In this document: piece after piece, positions 15,426 to 32,924 of the stretch
Layout: each line of letters opens with the position of its first letter
How positions within the stretch are numbered: position 1 is the stretch's first letter
Origin: the human T2T-CHM13v2.0 reference genome, Homo sapiens
Assembly (NCBI RefSeq): GCF_009914755.1
Contig: NC_060932.1
Strand: one strand, 5' to 3'
Length of the DNA stretch: 64,000 nt
The notes under the pieces: model-generated
The model's input: the letters and a program-made list of their open reading frames with translations, nothing else
The model's database searches: none
What the model was told of the DNA's origin: nothing
Position numbers and translations under genes: made by a program

Positions 15426-15747
15426 GGCCAGACACAGTGGCCCACTCCTGTAATCCAGGTACTCTGGGAGGCCAAGGCGGGTGGCTCACCTAAGGTCAGG
15501 AGTTCAAGATCAGCCTGGCCAATGTGGCAAAACCCTGTCTCTACTAAAAATACAAAAATTAGCCAGGCGTGGTGGTGGGCACCTGTAATCCCGGCTACTC
15601 AGGAGACTGAGGCAGGAGAATTACTTGTACCTGGGAGGCAGAGGTTGCAGTGAGCCAAGATCATGCCACGGCGCTTCAGCCTCGGTAATAGAGCGAGATT
15701 CCATCTCAAACAAAACAAAACAAAACAAAACAAAACAAAACAAAACA
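15426..15747 (+). mobile_element. Alu (AluSx-like) with a (CAAAA)n tail
   Basis: Full dimer, tail expanded to about 8 CAAAA units. Confidence 0.95.
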
Positions 15748-16139
15748 AGACATTTAGGTATTGACTGGAAAGGGAACAAGAGGGACTTTTCAAGGGGCAT
15801 AGAAATAATCTGTAAATTGATTTGAGCATGCATCATGTACATTTATCACATGCGTCTGTATATTTATCAAAACTCATTGAACTATATACTTAAAATTTTA
15901 CTGTTTGTAAAATATAACTCAATTAAAAACAAAAAGATAAGAGTTTAGGAATGGAAAAACTTTTAAGAAACTCTGTGGTAAATCTTAAATCTTTAAATCT
16001 ATAACCATGAGTGTACAGCTGTGGCAACTATGAATTCAGAACAGAATGTAAATGCTGACTGTCTAAAAATATGTTCTAAATATGAGGAGTTGGGTGCAAA
16101 GGCTGGAATGTGGAGATGGGGGAACTAGAGTGTAAGGAT

Positions 16140-16673
16140 GTGTCTTAGTTATCTGTTGCAACATTAAGAACTTAGCATCTTGTAACATAAGCCTTTATTA
16201 TGTCACTCAATTTGTATTGGCCAGGAATTCAGGAGCAGCTTAGATAGGTTGTTTTGGTTCAGGGGGGTCTCATGAGGTTGCAGTCATCTGGAGGCTTAAA
16301 TGAGATTAGAAGACCCTCTTCCAAGATGACTCACTTGCATTGGCTGTTAGCAGAATGTCTCAGTTCTCTGTCACGTGGATCTCTCCATAGGGCTGCTTGA
16401 GTGTTTTCATAACATGGCTAGCTTCTCCCACAACTAGGTATCTGTGGGTGGGGCAGTGGGAGAGAGGGAGAGAGGGAAAGAGAGAAGGAGACGAAGGCAG
16501 AAGGTGTAATGTCTTTTATGACCTAGCTTCAAAAGTCATAGACCATCATTTGTGCCACATTTGTTGGTTGCACAGAGCAACCCTGATGCAGTGTTGGAGG
16601 GGATTACACAAAGGTAGTAAGACCAGAAGGATCATTTGGAGGTTGGAGGTCCCTTTGGAGGTTAGCTACCACA
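16140..16673 (-). mobile_element. MLT1 (ERVL-MaLR) solo LTR
   Basis: ggccaggaattcaggagcagcttag, catggctagcttc, tcttttatgacctagc; ends in ctaccaca (TGTGGTAG on the - strand). Confidence 0.8.
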
Positions 16674-17635
16674 GTCTGCTAATTTCCTTAGCTTTTTTAG
16701 CTTGGAACCATTAAATATTGCCCATATGTTAAAAAAAAATCCATCCCAATGATACACTGTTTTTGTATAATGCTTTTTACCTTGCTTTAGTGGACTCTTT
16801 CGAGAACCTCATTTCTCTTATGGAAACATTTACAAAACTTCAGATATTTTGTTTTCACTCCAGTTTAAAAAAAATCCTGTGTTAAAATAAAACTACTTTT
16901 TAAATATATTTTAAAATTCTGTCTATAGTGTGGTTTCATTTCAGTTATTACTTCTACCTGTCCTGTGTGTATATATGCTTGGAGTGATGATCTTGGAATT
17001 AGTGTATTTATTTCTAAGGGGTGAGAATTTGGGTGTGTGGTTTTTAAAATTCGCTTTTCTCTTAATTTTTCCCCTTTCATCTGAATTGCTTAGGATTTTT
17101 AAAATAATGGACTTGTATTATGCTTACAAAAAGAAAGTCAGACTTTCAAAACAGTTTTGTAATATTCAGTAATGGTGAGAATGTAGGAAAACATGCTTAT
17201 ACTACGGTTAGAGTATAAAACTGAGTACAGTCTTGTCTTTTTTTTTTTCATTTTTTATCTAAGTAGGAGAGGAGTGAGAGTACAGTCTTCTTTAGGGGAC
17301 AGTTAGGTGACATTTGTCACAAACATAAATGCTCTTCACAAACTATGAATCAAAAATTTCATTCCTGTGAGTCAGCCCTAGAGAAATATTTATTTGTCTG
17401 CAGAAGGTTGTACATAGAGTGTCATTGCATCATAATTTATAATAGTGAAACATTAACAACAACTGCAGTATCGAATAATAGGTTCATGTTTTAATAAATT
17501 ATGGTATAGAATACCTTGTAACCACTAGAATGAAGATTTACAATGTACTATATGAGAACATTCTAAGATATTAGAGAAAAGTAAGTTACTTATTATATGT
17601 AGAATAACCCCAAGTGTATGTTTTTAAAACAACTG

Positions 17636-17701
17636 GTTGTGTGTGTGTGTATATATATATATATATGCATGCATATTTTTCTGTATTAAATTTTTCTGTA
17701 T

Positions 17702-17747
<46 letters not shown>

Positions 17748-17770
17748 TGCATATTTTTCTGTATTAAATG
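17636..17770. repeat. Compound (TG)n/(TA)n microsatellite with a locally duplicated tttttctgtattaaat unit
   Basis: Long TA run at ~17706-17743; three copies of ttttctgtattaaat. Confidence 0.9.
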
Positions 17771-19749
17771 CATGTAGAAAGTCTGGATGGATTCACACCA
17801 AATAAGGATACCTTTAGGATAGGAAATAAGGGGTGGGAGTGGAGGAAGGGCTTTTATTTTATCTGCGTGCATTTATGAATTATTTGAATTTTTGTAGACA
17901 ATGCATATATGTGCTTTAACTTAAATTTAAACATAATTCTGCTTGCACTGTGGAAGGCGAATTATAGAGATGATAGCAGTTCTGAAGTACAAAATTGCTT
18001 GAAGAAGGAAATTTCATTTTTTCAATTGTGAAATGATCTTCTAATTAAAAAGGAGCTTATGAGAATTTTGTACTTTGTGGATCTTAAATGGTTTGTTATT
18101 TTTCTTATAGTTACTGCAATTGTCCAGGCAAAAGAGACTGAGATTCCAAACTTCTGGAATGAGGATTGGAAAGGACATGAAAATAATTTTAGGAAGAGAA
18201 AGTGATTGTATTTAGTAAATATGTAAGAGTGTGGGGGGAAAGTAGAGTGAACAGTAAAATTGAGATGGAGAACACAGGAAGGAGAACAGATTTAAGGATG
18301 ATAGTGAATTAAGTTGACTGTGTTGAGGACCTGTGGGAAAATCTCATGGACGCTATCTAGCAGATGGTTTGAAAGAATGGTCTGGTACCCTGGAGGTCAT
18401 TGGCATTTAGATGACATTTTAAATCAATGTTGTTGGTAATTGAGATGACCAAAGGAATTCTGAGGGTTACTAACATGTAAGAAGCTAGCAAAGCAGCCCT
18501 GAAGTCGACTGAAAAGATGTGGTGTTGGAATTGTATCCAGCATTCCAAGGAGGAAGATGATGGGAGTGGTCAGTGGTTTCACTCCTCAGGAAGTGGAAGG
18601 AAAATTAAACATAAATTTGTGGTATTGGAGACTCTGACAAGAAAGGATTATGGTGGAGAGCCCTCTAGTGGAAGGGAGCGTGGTGTTTGAGGAACAGGTA
18701 GCCTGATGCAGCTGCTCAGAAAATAATGTGAATGAGGCTGGAAAGGCTTTTTCTTCCTTTGAATACCATGTGATAACTTTCTTATTGGAAATAAATTAAT
18801 CAGGGGTTAGTTTTAGTCTCTCAATGTGTGAAGGTTATATGTAAATTTTTTCTTTTCCTCTGCCCTGTCAGAGGTAGACAAGATAGGTTTTGAGGAACTA
18901 AAACTTGTGGGCAATGACGTTTTCTTCTGCAGTGGGAAGTAGGGGGAAAGTTAGGGAAATTTTCTCCTGAGAAAAAGTATCAAAGCTGATAGTATCGAGA
19001 GGCTGCCAGGGCTTATGAGACCGTGTTCAGCTGAAGGACCAAAGCAGCTCAAAGCATGAGTTCAAGGAGCCTTACCCATCTGTTAACAGGCTGCTTAGAA
19101 AAATCACTGTAAAACGTGTCCTTTTATGCTTTTATTTTGTTTACAGTGCCTTTTTTGGAAAAATTACCTGCTTTACTTATTTTCTACATTATTATATGAA
19201 TACTGAGATTAAATTTAGAGGGAAGAAATTCTTGTTTATTTCTTCCTCACACAAAAGACAAGACAGGAGAATATTCTATAACACCATCTTCTTCCTTTGT
19301 TTTATTAAAGTAATAATTATGCATAGAGAAAATTGTGGAACAACATGTGTAAATAGCTAACCTTGCTTACTTCAGAGAGTAGAATTGGAGGGGGAAGACA
19401 GAAATTCTTTGCAACTATTTGCTTGTAAAATAACCAGTAAAGCTCTGTATTTAGTATTTAGGGTGAAAAGCCAAAAATAATTAATGCATATTTATAGGAA
19501 GATTAAGAAAACAATATAGAGATAGAAATGTAGGAAGAATCTGCCACTTTAAATTCATATTATATATCTTTAGTTATATATTAGCTTTTGTTACTATACA
19601 GAATTTAGAATATGTAACATTGTATATTCATAAAAATATATCTTTTCATTTATTTCATGAGCATCTTTCCATATTGATACATATCCATTTACTTCATTTT
19701 TTTGAAACTACATAGAATTTTAAGAACATTTTTGGGGCGACTTTTTAAA

Positions 19750-20745
<996 letters not shown>

Positions 20746-21160
20746 TTTTATTTGTTTGGTTGGTTCTGCTTTTTTGTTGTAGTTTTCTGGGTTTTTTTAT
20801 GGCTTTTTAAAAACATTAATTTTAAAGCCTACCAGTGTTTTGTTATATAAATATACTCTAACTTAACTAATGTCCGTTTGATGAGATTTTGTCCTCTTCT
20901 CACTATACCAAAGCCAGAACCTGGACAGTTCTGTTGTCTAGCGAGCTCTGAGGCTTGTTCTATGTATGATCTGATTAAGGAAGATTTCATATTGGAACCA
21001 GTTAACAGAGCTGATAATATATTTTTTCTTAACTGATTTTTCTCAAGTTTTCTGTTTTGAGTAGTATGATAGCAATATGAAGAATCCATGTAAAATAATT
21101 TTATTTTGTTGACATGAAAATCAATGTTGATTTCATGGTGGTTGTTTTCTTCACCCTTTA

Positions 21161-21535
<375 letters not shown>

Positions 21536-21703
21536 TTAATTATCCAGAATAATTTGCATTTTCTTAGAAGAGGCATACAGTGCCTACATTACATGAATCT
21601 TTAGTCCACTGGAAAACTGCTGTGTGAATTATTTGAGAATATAATCACTTAGGGTTTGGAAAGCTGTTTGAATTTTGCCTTTTGAAATTGAAAGATTTTT
21701 CCA

Positions 21704-21990
21704 GGCTGGGCATGGTGGCTTGTGCCTGTAATCCAGCACTTTGGGAGGCCAAGGCAGGAGGACCACTTGAGCCCAGGAGTTCGAGAGCAGCCTGGCAACA
21801 TTGTGAGACCCTGTCTCTACAGAAAAAATAAGAAATTAGCTGGATGTGGTGGGGCCTGGTACAGTGGCTTATGCCTGTAATCCTAGCACTTTGGGAGGCC
21901 GAGGTGAGAGGGTGTGGTGAGCCATGATTGCGCCACTGCACTCCAGCCTGGGAGACAGAGTGAGAACCTTTCTCAAAAAAGAAAAAAAGA
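21704..21990 (+). mobile_element. Rearranged AluJ-like element
   Basis: Left arm, then a second Alu 5' head at ~21853, then the right-arm 3' end. TSD aaagat(t/g)tttcca. Confidence 0.85.
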
Positions 21991-23238
21991 AAGATGTTTC
22001 CAGTCAGAGAACTTTGCTTCACAGTCTTTTTTTTTAACACTCCCCTCTCCCATTTCCTCAAATTTTCTTTTGACATAGGTTTTTAAGTGTGTGAAACTCT
22101 AGGGGCTTGCTTTTAATGAGTTAAATGTGATCCCAGGACCTCCTGCTTTTTCTGATGCTAGAGGGTGTGATTACTTCATGATAGCTACTCTTCCTATTGG
22201 GCATTATACCTTTAAACGGGACGAGTCGACACAGGTGATATTCAGTAATATTCGGTTACCCTCAGTAATTCCTTGGGAGGTTTTAGGTATAGGTAACCTT
22301 CTCTGGTAGCTGAATGGTCTTTTGGAAACTGCCTTGTGGACTTACAAGACAGTTTTGTCTTTCCTGTTGTTACTTGCTTTTGCCAGTTTGTACTGAGTTA
22401 TTCATTTTTTGGAATAGCTATGAATGGCCAGAATGAGCATGTGATTCTCATACTAGTAAGTTTTAGACATGCTTTTTTACTTTCAAATGTAGAGATTCTT
22501 TACATTTCTAAGTAATTGCTGTCAAGAGCTTCTTGGAGATAGCAGAAAACTACTGCTTTATATTCTGTTCAGTTTTGTGGAAAGCTTGTGTTGGAAAAAT
22601 GTCTTTAGCTGTTGAGATTTCTTAAGAGGTCATATTGTAGCATACATAACTCTAAAAGTCTGCTAATTCTTCTCTGTACTAATGGTAATGACTCTAAAAA
22701 TGGCTAAATGAATTAACAAATAAGCCAAAAAAAAACCTTATTGAAGACAGTATTTTCAGTGACCTTTTGTTTCCTAGCCCCTAAATCTTTTGGTCAGTAT
22801 CCGTAATGAGTAACAAAACTTGCTGACTTGACTTTTTTGCTCAATATCTTTTAAAAGTTTTATTATTCTAAATTAGGGGTGGAGTGGAAAGCAGTGGTAA
22901 TTGAAGGAGCACAAATATAATAAACTCTGACAAATAGCTTTTACTTTAGGAATCTCTTTATCTCAGATTCATGGACCTTTTTTGGAGATTAATTTTAGAG
23001 GCCATTGTCGGGTCTTAATTAATAAACTGCCTTGACGTTGAAGAGATAATTTCTGAGTATATCCTAGCCAGTGCAGTCAGTCTTTACAAAGGAATCCAAT
23101 AATAGTTTGCTCAGGTTGCAACTTCCTTATGGACTGGACACAGAGAATAAAGCACCCAGTAACCTAGAACCAAAAGATCCTTTATTAATTTCACTGTAAT
23201 TTCAGTGCCCCCCAAAACCTATTTCTCTTTCTACATAG

Positions 23239-23349
23239 GTATCAGTCAGAGCCGGATCTCTCATTGGCTGTTGCAGCAGGGATCAGACCTGAGTGAACAG
23301 AAGAAAAGAGCATTTTACCGATGGTATCAACTTGAGAAGACAAACCCTG
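23239..23349 (+). CDS. HMBOX1: HMBOX1 internal coding exon (111 nt, phase 1-1), end of the POU-specific-like region
   Basis: Acceptor tttctctttctacatag, donor G|gtaaat. Translates (G)ISQSRISHWLLQQGSDLSEQKKRAFYRWYQLEKTNP(G), which I recognise as HMBOX1. Joins the next exon in frame. Confidence 0.97.
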
Positions 23350-24339
23350 GTAAATAGCATTTCCTTTTATTTATTGCATCTGAAACAAGACAGATATAAT
23401 GAATTACTTTAATGACTCCATGTGCTAACTTGTTCAGTAAGATGGTTTCATACTTTACTATGGTTGCTTTATGCAGAAAAAGACTCTTAACAGTAAAAGC
23501 TAAACCCTGACTGTAATAAATTTTATTTTATTGTCTAATATTATCTAGTCATATTCACTCCTTCCCCTAAGACACCTCTTTGCTTTCAGGTTATATGATA
23601 TTTCTAGCCATAGTTTGAAAGAACGCTATGAATGTTCAGTGGCTGATTTTGTTTTCTTCAACTACATAACTACGTAAGATTCCGTATCTCTTTTTTTTTT
23701 TTTTTTTTTTGCAAATCTTGTTTGAATTAGTAATGTAAATTTAATATTTTTATTTAATTCATGCTGTACCATATCCAGTGATCTCTGCTAATGATTTTTT
23801 TTTTTCTAATTCTAATGACCTGGGTAATGGATGTATCTTTGGACTTTAGGATGCAGCTGCCCTGATGACTCCCAGGAGCAGCAGTAGATTGGGAAAGCAG
23901 AATGAAATCTTAAGAAAACTAAGATGACAAAAAAATTTATGTCTAGAGTTGGAAGAAGTAGGCAAGATCTATTCAAGATACTAACAGGTGATTTTATAAA
24001 GTGAAATCTGAAGTTATGGGACTATCTCAATCTATACTTTACACAGGCAAGTGACAGTGAGCCTGCCCTCATGTGTAAATTTAAGATTGGGTTGTGTTCT
24101 GTAATGCTGCAGCCTCAAAGCCTTTGCACACAGACTAAAACACTAGTTGAAATATTGCATAATAATAGCATTGGCTCTGAGGTAGAAATAAAGAATGTCA
24201 TAGAGATGTATTTTTGTGTGTAAGTATGTGATAAGATTTTTTTCCCTAAAGGTCAGTTTCTCAATCCGAATGGTCCAGGCAGGATGAAACAGAAAAGAAC
24301 CTATCAACCTCTACAATAATATTAAAAATCTATTCTGAC

Positions 24340-25670
<1,331 letters not shown>

Positions 25671-27299
25671 TGGGATAATCAACTGGTAAGGCCAAATTCC
25701 CGCACTGGAGTTTCGGGGCTGGGCTCTAGTCCAGCCCTGAACTAGAAATAGGAAGGACGACTAAGGTGCAGCTCTAGGGCCACAATGGCATTGTTGCAGC
25801 TGATCTGATAGCCAGTTGTGGAATACTAACTACAGGAGTCCAGCTTTAGCACTGGGCTGATAGTGTTCTTCCAAAGCTGGTTTTTTTTTTAAATTATTGT
25901 TATTTATTTTAGCTTTTAGTCTTAATTTCCTATTTTAGTTTATCTTGAAACCAGTATTGGGAAATTAGAGGAAGGTAGAACTAGGGAATTGAAACCAGCA
26001 GCATTCATCTAGCTGATAATTAGGAGCTGATTTCTTTAAGTACATAGTGCCTCCTTTTAAGACGTTCCTCTAATTATATGCATTTGTTTTTCAGTAAGAT
26101 TGCATTATTGTCACCTTTTAAAAAGTACTTTCTATTTTTTGTTTAAAAACCAAATCCTAACTACTGGTTTTCTCAGTCAAGTTTTTCTGTGGGACATAAT
26201 TTAAAGGTAGCTAGAGATAAGAGGGTAAGTTCGTAATTGCCATTTGGTAGTTGTTGTTGCGTTAACAGCAATTGGGTATTAGCAATTGAAATTTGTTTGT
26301 CTTTTTCTTTGCATTTTGACATTTATTATAAAGGCAAATATCACATAGAATTCTTTCTCGATAAAAGTGATTTTGTTTTGTTGACTAAAATAACCTTTGA
26401 TTTTAGCTAAAGAATTTGGAGCTACTATTATGTTTGGTTAAGATGAACTAAAATTATGTTAGCTTATAGGACAGCAGATCCTTCATTGCAAGTCATTTCA
26501 GACCTGATTGGAATCCACCCAGATGTCCCTCAGTTGAGAACTGGTTAAATAAATTAATGGCACATCTGTACAATGGAATCTTATGGAGCCATATAACTAC
26601 TTTTTGAAGGCAGCTTTATATGAATTAAATTTATATGAGGTGATATGGAATTCATAAGTAAAAAAGGTACATAACAGTATCAAGGGCATATTTATGTAGG
26701 GGAACACACACACATACACATGTATATGCTTATCTAAGCATAGAAATCTCTGAAAAGCTGTGTTAGGAACTGGGAAGAATAGCTCTGTGGAGGGGAACTG
26801 AGTGACTGGGAGTACAGGGGTAAGGAGTTAACTACACAGCCTAATGTGTCTTTCTAAATTTCATACTATGTACTTGTATTATATATTTGAAAAATAAAGT
26901 GTAATAGGAAGGGGGAGACAGACCAAAAGAAATCAATCTGCCTTGTAAGATTAAAAAGAAAGAAAGAAAAGGAAGAAAAACTTAGGTTTATACAGTCCAG
27001 ACCTGCTTTTGAGAAGCAGGTAGAAAATAAGTTGTCAGTGATTTTTATCAAGTAATTCTTTTATTTCATAATTTTTTTTTCTGTCTAGGAAAGATAGCTC
27101 TTTAGGGTAAATGTAAATAGTGTGATCCCTTTACATATATTCTGAGAAGAAAATGCAAAATTAAGAAAAGTCACAAAATGAAAAACTACTTTTTCTTTTT
27201 TCTTCTGTAAATTTAAGCATTTAGAAAACAAAAATGTTTGTATATTCTATGACTCTATTCCTGGGCGTTGGAGCATTTCTCTTTGTATACTTTGAGTGA

Positions 27300-27598
<299 letters not shown>

Positions 27599-28643
27599 GG
27601 AAGTTCTTTTTTTCAACCTCTTCAGTCTGGATCCAGTTGTATATGGCTTTTGGTTTTTTGTAAGTTTCTCTTTAAGTGGACTCATCAAGAAAAATAATAG
27701 AATGGATATTTAGGTTAATTTTACTGATAACCCGATTGATATAGTGTAGTTCTCTGATAACAGACTCATCATCAGAATTTACCAGCATAAATGAAAGCCT
27801 GCCAAGGCATATTAATAAAATAGGCTGATGGAAACTAATCAAATACATTTTATCTTGTTTCTTATGAAAACACTTATAAGAAAATACCTATTTTTTAAAA
27901 AAAAGTGAGTGCTAAATTCAGGATGGTTGACATCAAAAGTCCCTTTATTTAATCAAATTAAGTTCACAGTCTTTTTCCCTTGTCTAATTTAAACATTACT
28001 ATAGCAGACAGGGTTTGCTGAGTTCCTCTTGGCATGTGGTGCATATTCTGCATGCTTCTAAACAATTAAATAAAATTTGCCAAGAGGGTTATGCAGCAAA
28101 TACATGAGATAAATGTCATCAGAAGAAACATCCAGTCCTTCACTTGCAGAGTGTTAGATCTCAGGGAAACGTGTGTGACATGGGGGAAGATGTGAAATTA
28201 CTTTTGGAGAGGTTAGTTCCTATGGATGGCGTAGTAATGATGTGCTTATAGTCCCTCACCCAGAGCTAACCCTGATCAGCAAGGACATTATGATATATGT
28301 AAAGAGAACACTTACCAAATTTTTATATGTCTTAACAAGTTATGAAAAGAGTTTTGGGTTTTTTTTTTCCTCATGGGTTTAGATTTGCTAGGTGAAGGTG
28401 CAAAATTTTGTTTTAATGGAAACTTAGATGGGGGGAAAAAAGATTTCTGTAAGGAAATAGACAACACACTTTTCCTGTTAGGACCTTAGCCAACCCAGAA
28501 TTCCTGTATTTTACTTCAGAGGAGTTTAAAGGCTTAAATACATTGTTCCTGCATTCTAGTGTCTTTGTGTTTTTCTGTTAGAGTCAGTAATTTTGAACTC
28601 GCTCTTGCTTTTCATCCATTTCAACCAAAGCAAGATGAACTAA

Positions 28644-29279
<636 letters not shown>

Positions 29280-29907
29280 TGACAATACTGAATATTACAA
29301 AGAAGCATAATATTAATAATAAACCCCAATACCAAGAAAGAACCATTATTATTAGTTGGCTTATTTCCTTCAACCTCTTGGTTAGGATTCTTTCTGTTCT
29401 GTGTTCTATTTGTACCCATTTACCACTCTGCTTACTAAGGAGCATGCCGCAATTATGGATGTGGCCTACTACCTGGAATTCACTGACCTATTGCCCACCC
29501 TCCATCCTGAAGCTCTTTCTTTCTTTACAAGGGTCAGCCCCTGGACAAGAGGTTGTATTCCCTTACTGAGTCTTATTTCTACCTTTATCTTGATCAGCCA
29601 TGATAACCGGTTGGCTCTGTTTTAGTCCTTTTCACCCTTGCTATAGAATAACATTTATATAATTTTAATTAGGTAGATTCCAGAGCTCTTGCTGTGCTGT
29701 AATCCCTACTTGTTTTCAGAAAAGCACTATAAGACTGTGAAACCCTCCAGCCCCCAAATTCCTGCTTATGTCTAAACTTAGTTAACTTTCAATTAGGCCC
29801 AGACTGAATTCTCAGTTTATTTTGGCAGAATGAAACCCTTTTAAATTGTTTAAAGAAGGGTTTCAGTTTAGAATTTCATGTTGGGTAGAGCAGAAATGTT
29901 TTTAAAC

Positions 29908-30109
29908 CAGGGGTTGGCAAACTTCATATAAAGGGCCAGACAGTAAATATTTTAGGTTTTGCAGGTTATATGATCTCTATCATAGCTACTCAGCTCTTCT
30001 GCTCCAGTGCATTCATAGCCATAGACAATCTGTAAATGAATGAGCATGAGCATGTTTCAATAAAACTTTATTTACAAAAATAGGCAGTGGGTATAATTTG
30101 CCAACTCTG
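29908..30109. mobile_element. MER58A-like hAT-Charlie MITE
   Basis: TIRs caggggttggcaaa ... tttgccaactctg; internal aaagggccagacagtaaatattttagg. Confidence 0.85.
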
Positions 30110-30644
30110 TTTTAGGGTGGGCTGTAAATCTCTAAAGCATTATATGATGACAAACTTACTTGTTTAAGCAGAAATGTTAAGTAGTTAAATATTTACTTTC
30201 CATCACATGCTATAAGAAATCACATACATATTAAAGGCTGAAACACAAAATGAAAGATATAAAGATACTCAGTGATATTCAAGCCCATTGGCCATAATAC
30301 AAAAGACTGACAAATTTGACTGTATTAAAATTAAGATCACAAAGCACACTATAAAAAACAAATGACAGACCAGAAAAAAATTGCATTCTGTATGACTAGC
30401 AATTGCTATGATTTCTCTGCACCCATAAGAAGAATAACCCCCTAAAAAAGGAACAACAGATAGAAATTCACAAGAAAAGATATAAATGGTCAATAAACAG
30501 GAAAAGATGCTCATTCTTATTAGTAGTGAAGTCTCTATATTAAAGGGAAATTTTTTGCTGCCAAATTTATACATTTGAATAATTAATAATAGTGTATTGG
30601 GGGATAAAGGGAAATAAACAACTGAGGATGATTGTGATAATTTT

Positions 30645-31600
30645 TATTAGTTATCTATTCTTATACAATAAATTATCCACAATTTAGCAGCTTAACACAA
30701 CCAGCATTTATTATCTCATAGTTTTCATAGATCAGGAATCCAGGAATGGCTTAGCTGGTTGTTTCTGGCTCAGAGTTCTGTAGAGGTTGCTGTCCAGCTG
30801 TCAGCCTGGGCTGCAGTCATTGGGACTGGATGGTCCACTTGGAAACTCACTCATGTGGATGTGGACAGGTCCCAGGTCCTCACTGCCTGTTGGTCAGAGA
30901 CATCAGTTCCTCACAACATGGGCCTCACCATCCACTGCCTGAGTGTCCTCACACGGCAGCTAGTTTTCCCTTGAGTGAATAAGAGAGAAAGCATCCAAGA
31001 CAGATGTCATAGTGTCTTCTGTATTCTGATCCTTGAAGTGACATACCATCACTGCCACATGCTGTTGGTCGCACAGCCTAATCATGGTGCAGTGTGGGAA
31101 GGGACTATACGGAGGTGTGCAGACCAGGAGGCAGGGATCCTTAGGGACCTTGGAGGTTGATGTCCACATTCCTGTGCTGGGACTGAATGTCTGAGGCCTT
31201 GTTTCTGTCTATCACCTGGTTTCTGCACTTCTCCATGTGGCATTTGCTGTGGCTACAGTGTCCAAGATGGCATTTTCTCTCAAATGCTGGCACCTGGGTG
31301 GAGTTGGCAGAAGACCCTGGGGACTGTCAGAGCATCTTTCACTCCATGTAGCCTCTCCACATGGCTATCCTGGGCTTCCTTACAACATCATAGTCTCAGG
31401 TTAGTCAGACTTCTTATATGGCCTCTGGTTTCCCCCAGAGCCAGCATTTTAGGAGACCTAGGCAGAAATTTCAAAGCATCTTATAACCTAGCCTTGAATT
31501 GTTTAGATTTTCTTGCTCAACAACCTGTCACAGGACTGGCCCAGATTCAAGGGCATGATTAGCCAGAGGTATGACTTACTGTGAGGAGCCGTCTTTGAAA
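30645..31600 (-). mobile_element. Two adjacent MLT1 LTR relics (about 30645-31148 and 31150-31600)
   Basis: cttaacacaaccagcatttattatctcatagttt, gatcaggaatccaggaatggcttagctgg, ctggcccagattcaaggg. Confidence 0.75.
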
Positions 31601-32924
31601 CTTGTCCCAGGAAACCATGATTGTGAAAGATGATGCTGACGTGTTCTAAAAGTAGTAGCAGTGCAAGGAATAAAAATTGATCTGATACTGGAAATATTTT
31701 GAAGATAAAATGAACTTGCCTATGAATTAGTTATGTATAGGTGGGATAATTAGAGAAGTGAAAGATTAATTTGAGAATTTTGAGCTGAGTGGTTTGAAGA
31801 GTGGGTATCTATTTACTGAGATGGGAAAGACTGCAGGACAATAGGTTTGAAAAGCAAAATCAGGATTGATTAACATTTTGGACATCTGTGTAAGAGAATA
31901 CATCTAAAGATGTAGCTATTAAGAAGGGGATCTACAATAGATCTGTAAGTCTTGAAGTAGAAATGCTATCCATGGTATTATTTGCAAGGTACAATAAAGA
32001 GAGTATTAATTCTATTAGGAAGAAATAAATATTAATATCATTAACATAGAATTAACATATTTATTAATATTGCATAAACCTACATGTTCTAACATGTCTT
32101 TCTACACCTGTGTTAAGCATTTGAATTAAACTACAGGCAGAGAGAATTTTTTGAAGGTTTTTGATTAGAAGACCGATATGATCATAATTATGTTTTGGGA
32201 AGATGAATTTAACAGTGTAAGGAGTGAAAGAAGAGTGGGGTAGCCAGGGACTGAACTCTATGAAAGCATACCAAGTTACATTGAAAGTCTATGAAATAAG
32301 TTCATGGAGGTCACAGACAATGTTGCTTTCCTGGTTTTATTCTTAGCTTCTAGCCTAGAGCAAGCCACTTGAAAGGGATTTGTTAAATAGTGAATGAATG
32401 AATAAATGCATCATTGGCAGTTCAAGCTATTTGAGAAAAGAGTAATCTGAATTAGTAAAATGTCTCAATTATAGATATTTTTCATTGAAATTTTATTATG
32501 TTCAGGAGGTAACAGAATCTAGTATAGCATCAACAGGTAGACCTATGGAGACCTGATTTAGTTAGTAGACAAAAAGCATATCAAATATCATCTTATTTTC
32601 TTTCATGCTGTATTTCACTCTTTAAAAAAGAAAAGAGTTTACAAGAATTAGGGTTATTTTAAGTTTGTCTCCTACCTGCATAAATTCCTTAAGCTTATAA
32701 CTTATTTGAATGGTTAGTAAAAGATTCTGAACATCTGAGGTATATTGTTCAAAAAGAGTATAACTATCAAGCAGGAATTTCAAAAGAAATTTTTCAGAGA
32801 AAGATACATTGATTAAGTTGTCACTAAGCCAAAGACCATACTTCCCTAGTCCCATAGGAAGTAGATGTTATATTGTTTTAAATAAACTGCAAGATATTTG
32901 CTAAAAGTGTCTTGTTTATTTCAG

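Noticed and set aside
23690-23710. Isolated T21 tract as a possible solo retroposed tail
   Set aside because: No flanking TSD or element body could be identified.
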